Source of the DNA: an uncultured Acidobacteriaceae bacterium
Lineage (GTDB): Bacteria; Acidobacteriota; Terriglobia; Terriglobales; Acidobacteriaceae
Assembly: GCA_963833305.1 (NCBI GenBank)
Contig: CAWHXN010000008.1
Location: 171,572 to 235,571, forward strand
Length of the DNA: 64,000 nucleotides
Reading direction: 5' to 3'
A program made the translations under genes and the position numbers. Under the pieces are notes generated by a model, which saw only the letters and a list, made by a program, of their open reading frames with translations, ran no database searches and was not told the DNA's origin. Shown piece by piece: positions 37,487 to 45,400 of the stretch. Within the stretch, counting starts at the first letter, position 1; each line of letters starts with the position of its first letter.

Positions 37487-37521
37487 TTTGTCATGCTAGC
37501 CGGCGAGAGATCTGCTTGTTC
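37487..37521. repeat. REP-like intergenic element, copy 5 (degenerate)
   Basis: 'tttgtcatgctagccggcgagagatctgcttgttc', directly after copy 4 and before rpiA. Confidence 0.6.
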
Positions 37522-37532
37522 GACGTGACGCA

Positions 37533-38247
37533 ATGACCTTGTCAACACCATCCCGCGACCCACATGCAGCTCTGAAACAGGCTGCCGCCGAGTATGCCGT
37601 CCGCTATGTCGACTCTGGCATGACCGTCGGCCTTGGCACCGGATCGACCGCGATTTTCGCTATCCGCCACATCGGCGCTCTTCTGCAAACCGGCCAGCTG
37701 AAAAACATCGTCGGCTTCGCCACTTCACGCGCTTCCTGGGATGCAGCCGTCGAACTCAAGATTCCCATGTTGACAGAAGATCTGCCGAAGGCAATCGACG
37801 TCACCATCGACGGCGCAGACGAAGTCGATCCGCAGCTCAACCTGATCAAAGGCGGTGGCGGCGCGCTCTTGCGCGAGAAGCTGGTCGCGCAAGCGACGAC
37901 GCGCGAAATCATCGTGGTCGATGAAAGCAAGCTGTCGCCCCGGCTGGGCACCTTGCATGTCCTGCCCATCGAGGTGCTGCCGTTCGGATGGCGCTCTCAG
38001 GCGCGTTTCCTCCAGTCGTTGGGAGCGCGGTTCATCGTCCGACAGACAGCCGACGGCAAGGAATATCGCACGGATCAGGGCAACATGATTCTCGACTGCG
38101 ACTTCGGTCCCATCGCGAATCCCGCCGAAGCTGGCGATCAAGCTCGAGGCGCGCGCGGGCATCGTCGAGCATGGACTCTTTCTTAATTTGACGTATTCCG
38201 TGGTGGTGAGCAGTGCAAGCGGAGTTCGCGAGCTCACGCTCAAGTAA
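37533..38247 (+). CDS. rpiA: ribose-5-phosphate isomerase A, one frame disruption near the 3' end
   Basis: 'GLGTGSTA', 'DGADEVD' and '[11 protein letters not shown]'. The terminal '[18 protein letters not shown]...' is in another frame, with a shift near 38135. Confidence 0.9.
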
Positions 38248-38277
38248 TCGACGCTGCAAACGTATTCCACAAAAACA

Positions 38278-40977
38278 ATGTCAGCCACAACCGGACCATC
38301 CGACCCCAAGGCTGTAACCAACGCCGAACAAATTCGCCTTGACGAAGTTGGCCGCGAAGCCAAAGCGTGGCGTTGCTGGGGCACCTACCTCAGCGAGCGG
38401 CAATGGGGTACGGTCCGCGAAGACTACAGTCCCGACGGCTCTGCCTGGGACTACTTTCCTCACGAACATGCTCGCAGTCGCGCCTACCGTTGGGGCGAGG
38501 ACGGCCTCGCCGGATTTTGCGATGAGAAGGAAATGCTCTGCCTCGGCATTGCGCTGTGGAATGGTAAGGACGCGATTCTCAAAGAGCGCCTTTTCGGCCT
38601 GACCAATTCGCAGGGCAACCATGGCGAAGACGTCAAAGAGCTTTATTATTATCTCGACGCCACTCCCACCTGCTCTTACGCCCGGATGCTCTACAAATAT
38701 CCGCAAGCGGCTTTTCCATACCAGCAACTGATTGACGAAAATCATCGTCGCGGATTGAACGACCCCGAGTTTGAGTTGATCGATACCGGCATCTTCGCCG
38801 ATGACCGCTACTTCGACGTTTTTGTGGAATACGCCAAGGCCGACCCAACGACGTGCTCATGCGGATCACCGTCCACAATCGAGGACCCGACGCGGCCGCG
38901 CTGGTGTTGTTGCCGCAGATCTGGTTTCGCAATACCTGGAGTTGGGGACGCGATTCCGCAAAGCCATTGCTGTCGCAGGAAAGTCCGACCCGCTTACAGG
39001 CTCAGCATTCAACTCTCGGCACCTTCCATTTCGATTTCGACCCGCCACAGGGATTTCTCTTCTGCGAAAACGAAACCAACGTACACCGCGTCTTCGGAAG
39101 CGGCGACGCCAAGGGTTATTTCAAAGACGCATTTCATGATTATGTAATCGAAGGAGCCAAGGACGCCGTGAATCCCGAGCAGCGGGGCACCAAGGCCGCC
39201 GCGCTTTATCGGTTCAACCTTGCCGGCCATGGGCCAGCGCGACCGTGCGATTACGCCTGCGTCTGGACCAGACCGCAAACCGATGCCTTCGCCGGATTCG
39301 AGCAGGTTTTCGCCGATCGCATCCGCGAAGCCGATGAGTTTTACGCCGCTGTTCACGCTGGGCTCGACAACGAAGATGCCCGCCGGGTGCAGCGTCAGGC
39401 GCTGGCCGGGATGCTGTGGAACCGCCAGTGCTATCACTACAACGTCTTTGACTGGTTGCAGGGCGATCCCGGGACAGCCGCCTCCGCCTGCGCAGCGCAA
39501 GACCGGGCGCAATCATGACTGGGTGCACCTCAACAGCGACGAAGTTCTGTCGATGCCCGACAAGTGGGAGTATCCCTGGTTCGCCGCCTGGGACCTCGGT
39601 TTTCATTGCGTCGCGCTTTCGCTAGTCGATCCCGAATTTGCCAAGCGTCAACTCGTTCTGCTCGGGCCGCGAGTGGTACATGCATCCCAACGGGCAGCTC
39701 CCGGCCTACGAGTGGAACTTCGGCGATGTAAATCCTCCCGTGCAATGCGGTTGCGGCTTGGCGCATCTATCGTCTGGAACAATTGCGCAACGGCGGCAAA
39801 GGCGATCGCGCCTTCCTGGAGCGGGTCTTCCATAAGTTGATGCTCAACTTCACCTGGTGGGTCAACCGGCTTGATGCTCAAGGAAGAAACATCTTTCAGG
39901 GTGGTTTTCTGGGCCTGGACAATATCGGCGTCTTTGACCGCTCGCAGCCACTGCCTACCGGGGGACATGTAAACCAGTCCGACGGCACTGCCTGGATGGC
40001 GATGTACGCTCTCAGCCTTATGCGCATCGCGCTGGAACTGGCGCGTGAAGACCACGTCTACCAGGATGTCGCCAGCAAGTTCTTCGAGCACTTCCTCTAC
40101 ATCGCGCGCGCCATGTCTGACATTGCGGGACAAGGTATCGGCCTGTGGGACGAGCAGGACAACTTCTACTACAGCGTGCTCAGCCTGCCGACCGGCCAGA
40201 ACATCCCCATACGGCTACGCTCCCTGGTGGGACTGATTCCTTTGTTCGCGGTCGAAGTGATCGAGCAGGAACTGCTCGACCAGATGCCGCACTTCAAGAG
40301 CCGCTTGAAGTGGTTTCTGGACAAGCGGCCCGACTTGGCGCAACCTGGTTTCGCGCTGGCATCAGCCCGGCTCGAAGAGCCGGCGTCTGTTATCGCTGGC
40401 GCGCGCCTTTCGCATGAAGAAGATCCTGCAGTACATGCTCGACGAGAACGAGTTTCTGTCGCCCTACGGTATTCGCGCCCTGTCCCGCTATCACCTGGAG
40501 CATCCTTACATAGTTGATGCCCACGGAGTTCATTACGAAGTGCACTACGACCCCGCGGAATCGACTTCCCGCATCTACGGCGGCAACTCGAACTGGCGCG
40601 GTCCGGTTTGGCTGCCGGCAAACTACCTGATCGTCGAAAGCCTCCGCCGCTTCTACGATTACTATGGCGACGAGTTCACCGTCGAATGTCCCACAGGGTC
40701 GGGCAAGTATATGACATTGTGGGAGGTCTCTGAGGAACTGGCCGGCCGTCTGATGCGTCTCTGCCTGCGCGACGCAAGCGGTAAACGGGCCGCCTTTGGC
40801 AACAATCCAAAACTGCAAACCGATCCAAACTTCCGCGACTATTTGCAATTCTATGAATATTTCAATGGAGACAATGGCCAAGGCTTGGGGGCCAATCACC
40901 AGACCGGCTGGACCGGGCTGATTGCCAACCTGATCTCTGAACATGGACAGGCGCGAATCTTGAACCCAACCGTCTAG
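38278..40977 (+). CDS. GH63/MGH1-like (alpha/alpha)6-barrel glucosidase, heavily frame-disrupted as given
   Basis: About 900 aa reconstructed from at least 7 track ORF pieces. '[21 protein letters not shown]', '[16 protein letters not shown]', '[15 protein letters not shown]', '[11 protein letters not shown]', '[15 protein letters not shown]' and '[23 protein letters not shown]'. The family call is from memory of GH63-like glucosidases. Confidence 0.65.
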
Positions 40978-41162
40978 CTCTTCTTTCCAAGCTCCTGTCG
41001 CCGGCACGGGTCTGCCGTACGGCAGGTTTCCGAATCTTCCATGTGCCGATCTGTGGGTCTCTCGAGCAACGCCGGCCGGTTCCGGGAAACTCCTGAACTT
41101 TGCACCGCCGGCACAGAGAAACTCCTCTTGCTGTGGAGGACGAGGTGCTAGAATGCGCGTCT

Positions 41163-41645
41163 ATGAACCGCTTGCGAATGTCGCTCCCTCTTCTCTTTGT
41201 GATTGGCATCCTTGCGCATGGCCAAGAGGCTCCTAAACCAGACTTCTCCGGTAAATGGATATTTAACGCCCAGAAGAGCACCCTGCAGGACCCGGCGCCT
41301 TCCAGTATGACGCTTTATATCAATCAGCACGATCCCAGTGTCCGCCTTTCCCGAACCCAGGTTTACGGGGACAAGACCGACACTTGGAGCCTCGACGCTC
41401 ATACCGATGATCAGCGTGAGATCGTTCAACACGCGCCTCTATACACTTCTCATATCCGGGTGTATTGGGAGGGAGATGCGCTTGTGCTCGATGAGAAGAT
41501 AGTCGCCGGCGACGGCTCGAAAGCAACGAACACGGTAAAGTACACCTTGGAGACAGGAGGAAAAACGTTAGTTGCGGTTGAAAACGAAAAAACGCCAGTC
41601 GGTAAGAGCACGAATAAGTGGGTGTATGACAAGCAATCTCAGTAG
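41163..41645 (+). CDS. hypothetical secreted protein
   Basis: ATG 41163 gives signal peptide 'MNRLRMSLPLLFVIGILAHGQ'. About 140-aa beta-rich mature part. No family recognised. Confidence 0.6.
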   Translation: MNRLRMSLPLLFVIGILAHGQEAPKPDFSGKWIFNAQKSTLQDPAPSSMTLYINQHDPSVRLSRTQVYGDKTDTWSLDAHTDDQREIVQHAPLYTSHIRVYWEGDALVLDEKIVAGDGSKATNTVKYTLETGGKTLVAVENEKTPVGKSTNKWVYDKQSQ

Positions 41646-41731
41646 CAGAATTGCTCTAGGTTCTCCGACGACGATGCTGATACTCGAACCGACCGAGCCG
41701 GCAAGTATTGGGTAGCATCTCACCCATCTAG

Positions 41732-42487
41732 CTAAGTCACACGTTGTGGGATATCTAGTGGGATCGGTTCAGCCGTTGGCGGATCGGCCACCACGGTGTA
41801 AATCAAGCTTTCTTCTCGTCGCCACCATCCCCGAAAAACTTTGCCATTGTCGCAAACCGCCTGGAGCCGCGACCATCGGCTTTGATCGATTTCGAGCGGG
41901 TCCGCCGCGGATTCGCCAGCTTTCGCCCGTTCGCCCGCAGAATCAGAAAGGCTGACTGCCACGCTTCGGGTGTCGGCCCGAAGACCAACCCGCAGCGCCT
42001 TCAAAGCGCTTTCCTTTGCGCTCCACAGCAGGGTTAACAGCCAGGGTCGATCCTTTTGCGGCATTCGCAAAACCATTGCCTGCTCTTCCGCGGTGAAGTA
42101 ATCGTTAAAGAAGCCGCTGCTGCGTGGCTCGATCAATTCCAGGTCGCAACCCACTGCGGCAAGAGACGGCATAACGGCGCAGATTGCCGTCCCCGCGCAG
42201 TGGCTTAGTGAAATCGTAATGGCTGCCGCTTGCCCGGCAAGAAATACTTCCGGCGCTCCGTCCGAGGCTGGACGAATCTCGACATCAGCAAGCGCGGATG
42301 GATCAGCCGAAAGATTCATTTGGGCGGCCACAGCCCGTTTCGCTGTCCAGCGTCCCAAGCGCCAGTCACCACGCCGCTTGGGAAATCGCAAGCCGCCCAA
42401 TTGCAACACCTCAGCCGGGCTAAGCCAGTTGTTCTCCGCCGGCATATCCACAGCGGTCTGTTCCAGCCAAAAAAGGTTCACTGCCAA
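41732..42487 (-). CDS. 4'-phosphopantetheinyl transferase (Sfp-type)
   Basis: 251 aa. 'ISLSHCAGTAICAV' and 'WSAKESALKAL' (W/FxxKE(S/A)xxK) are PPTase superfamily motifs. The start (TTG/GTG) lies 4-10 nt after the carboxylase stop. Confidence 0.8.
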   Translation of the reverse strand: MAVNLFWLEQTAVDMPAENNWLSPAEVLQLGGLRFPKRRGDWRLGRWTAKRAVAAQMNLSADPSALADVEIRPASDGAPEVFLAGQAAAITISLSHCAGTAICAVMPSLAAVGCDLELIEPRSSGFFNDYFTAEEQAMVLRMPQKDRPWLLTLLWSAKESALKALRVGLRADTRSVAVSLSDSAGERAKAGESAADPLEIDQSRWSRLQAVCDNGKVFRGWWRREESLIYTVVADPPTAEPIPLDIPQRVT

Positions 42488-42491
42488 AGCA

Positions 42492-45400
42492 TCAACTCTC
42501 GCTTAGAGTCAGCACCGCGCGGCTGGCGGGCGACTTCTCGCCTTGCGGTCCAGTCTCCTTTTCGATACCACGTTCAATCGCATGAATAAGGTAAGGACGA
42601 AGCGTGGCTGGCGGAATAATGTTATGCAGAGCGCCTACCTTGAGTGCCCGATGAATGCTGTGAACGCGGTCGAACTCGTCGGCCACCTCGCCCAGTTTCT
42701 CGGAGTGCACGATGGGGAACAGTTCGTTCCAGCGAGCTTGCAGCCGCGCTTTTTCCACCCCAGCGGCTTGGGCCATCGCCTGGGTCAGCACCTGCAGCCG
42801 TTCGTCTTTGCGCGCTCTGGCGTCTACTTCGCCGGCAAAAACCACCGCTGCTGCCGGAGCGCCGCCGATCACCGACGCATACGTTCCCTCCAACGCGATG
42901 ATCTCCAGATTCTCATTCAGCACCTGCGAGAACACCACGTACGCTCCGCCGTGGTAGCGAGAGATGCCGCAGAAGACCATTGGGCCCTTGAAGTTCACTA
43001 CTGCGCGGCCGATTTCGGCGCCGTATTCCAATTGCAGTTTGCGCAGCGACTCGGGAGAGCCATCGAAACCCGACAGGTTCGCCAGGATCACCACTGGCCG
43101 GTTATTACTGGCGGCATTCAATGCGCGAGCCGCCTTCTTCGACGAGGCCGGAAACAGCGTTCCCGCTGTCCACTGGTCAGGGCCGTCCGCCGGAACAAAT
43201 CCCAGGCGAGGAACGGGATGAGACTCGATGCCCATCAAACAGACCGGGTAGCCGCCGAGATGCGCGTCCCAAACCACCACCGTCTCAGCTCCTCTCATGC
43301 CCGACCAGCGCTCCAGAGGAGAATGGTCCTGATCCACTACCGCAGACAGCACCCGGCGGATGTCGAATGGCTTCTTCCGTCCTGGGTTCGTCTCGTCCGA
43401 GAAAATATCTCCAACGCGCACGAAGCTGCTGGTGCCGTGGGCGCCGTGCGGATATGTTTGCACGTCCCGGTCAACCGGGTCGGTGGTTGCGGCCCGGCGC
43501 GGGAAACGCTCGCCCGGAATTATGTAGGTGTGGTCGTAGTGACGGAACAGGATGTGGCACGCTTCATCAATGTCGCGCGCAAAATACTGCGCCTGCCCGT
43601 TCGGTCCCATGATGCGATCGTAGCCGCCGATTCCCTGATTATCTTCCGCCGACACGCTGCCTGAGTAATCGAGCGCACGCTTGCCGGTAAGCACCATCGC
43701 GGCCGGTGGGGTCATGATAAGGATGCCGCGCGTGTGCAGCAGCATGGTGGCTTCGGAATTCCAGTAGGGCTGCGCTCCTACGTTGATGCCGTTGACCACC
43801 AGATTCACTTCGCCGCCCGCCTGCGTGAACTCGATCAAGCGGCGCAGGACCCGCGAGATCCAATCCATGTTCTCGACTCCGCTGTCCATCGAGATCTTGG
43901 CTCCGGCTGAAATCGGGAACCACTCCAGCGGCACATGCTTGGCTTCCGCTAAATCGAGGGCAGCGATGATGAGCCGGCATTCGGGTTCGGCGAGCGCACC
44001 CATGCCCTTGCTGGGATCGCCGAGTACCAGAACTCGGCTCATGCCTTCGGGATACTTGGCGGTAAAGTTGCGAATCACGCCTACGATGATGTTGGCTTTG
44101 TTCTTGCCGTAGGGACGAGCGACCGGAACCAGATGGTTTTCTGCGTCCAGATCGTATTCGAAAAAATCGCCGGTGGGGAATTCAGACCGCGTATTTTCCA
44201 GCGAGGGCGTCAGCATCTTGACGATTTCATACGGATAGATGAGCCCGTGCTGGCGCATCTTCACTACTTTTTGATCGTATTCAGCCAGCGGCTTCAGCGG
44301 TTGCTGCTGAGTCGCGGGACGCACGGTCATCAGCAAACCCGTGCTCCCGGGATTGGAAACTCGTACCAGCATGTCGCGCAGCTCGCCCGTCTTGGGGTGA
44401 GGAATGCGAGCCCGCAATACCACCTGCTCCAACCCCAAGCCGTCAGTCTCCGGGGCCAAACGGCACGCGATGGCGTGCAGTTGATCGGCATCGATCGTGA
44501 GTGCAGGCCAGACATTCAGCAGGATACGATTCCAGTAAAGCCGCTTGTGCGCGGGCCGCTTCATTTGGAATTGCCGGATGGCGGCCAGGGTCTCCGCAAA
44601 CATGCGCTCCAGATGCGGCAGTTGCACGACGTGGCCCCCCTGGTCGCGCACCGGCGTCAGGTCGCGAACTTCGGCACACGCAAACAGCCGCTCGTCCTTG
44701 GGGTTTTCCCGAGCTACGCCGTGCAGCAGGTAAACGTCTTCGGCCGACGGCAAACGCTCGATATTGAAATTCTGTAGGCGCCACAGATGCAGACGGTTCG
44801 CCATCATCGGATGGATGCCGCGATAGAACTTGTCCTCTTCGTACTTGCCGTCTTTCAGAACGTAGGTGAAATGCTGAACGCCGCTCGTTCCTTCGGCCCG
44901 GACAGAACTGCCCGCCGCCAGCACAACCCGCCGCACCGAGCCGGGCAAACCCATCTGATTCAGTATGTCCTGCCCTTCGCGCTGCGCGCTTTCCTGATCG
45001 CTTAAAGCGCCCGGATGCCACACATAAAAGTCGACCGCAACCTCACGGTCCGCCGGAACTTCGCGAATCAAAGGAACCAGTTGCTGTGCCGTTTTAGCGA
45101 GCTCGGAATACTCCGCGTACGTGGTGAAAAGATGGATGCGTTTGCCTTCGTGTTCGTATTCCGCCGAGACGTAGCGCTGTCCGTCTAACGCCCGGCAGCA
45201 CAGATCGGTGAGCGTTAGCGGGCGATAGTGGCGTCGAGTGAGGATTTCTAACATCAATTGCCGCAAGCCGAGATTAGCGCTCGCGAACTTGCTCGAGAAC
45301 AGGCCAACCAGCGGTTGCGGACACTCGATCAGCGCCTTGACCCGGTCGTCGCGATCCGCCGCTTTCGGATTCTCTGCCAGATACGCCAGGTGATCTTCCA

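Noticed and set aside
21081-40977. Programmed ribosomal frameshifting or genuine pseudogenisation as the explanation for the frame breaks
   Set aside because: - There are too many events, in unrelated genes, with no slippery-site or pseudoknot pattern.
- The events concentrate at short homopolymers.
- Displaced segments retain intact catalytic motifs and no stops.
- Sequencing or assembly indels are more parsimonious, although only read data can settle it.
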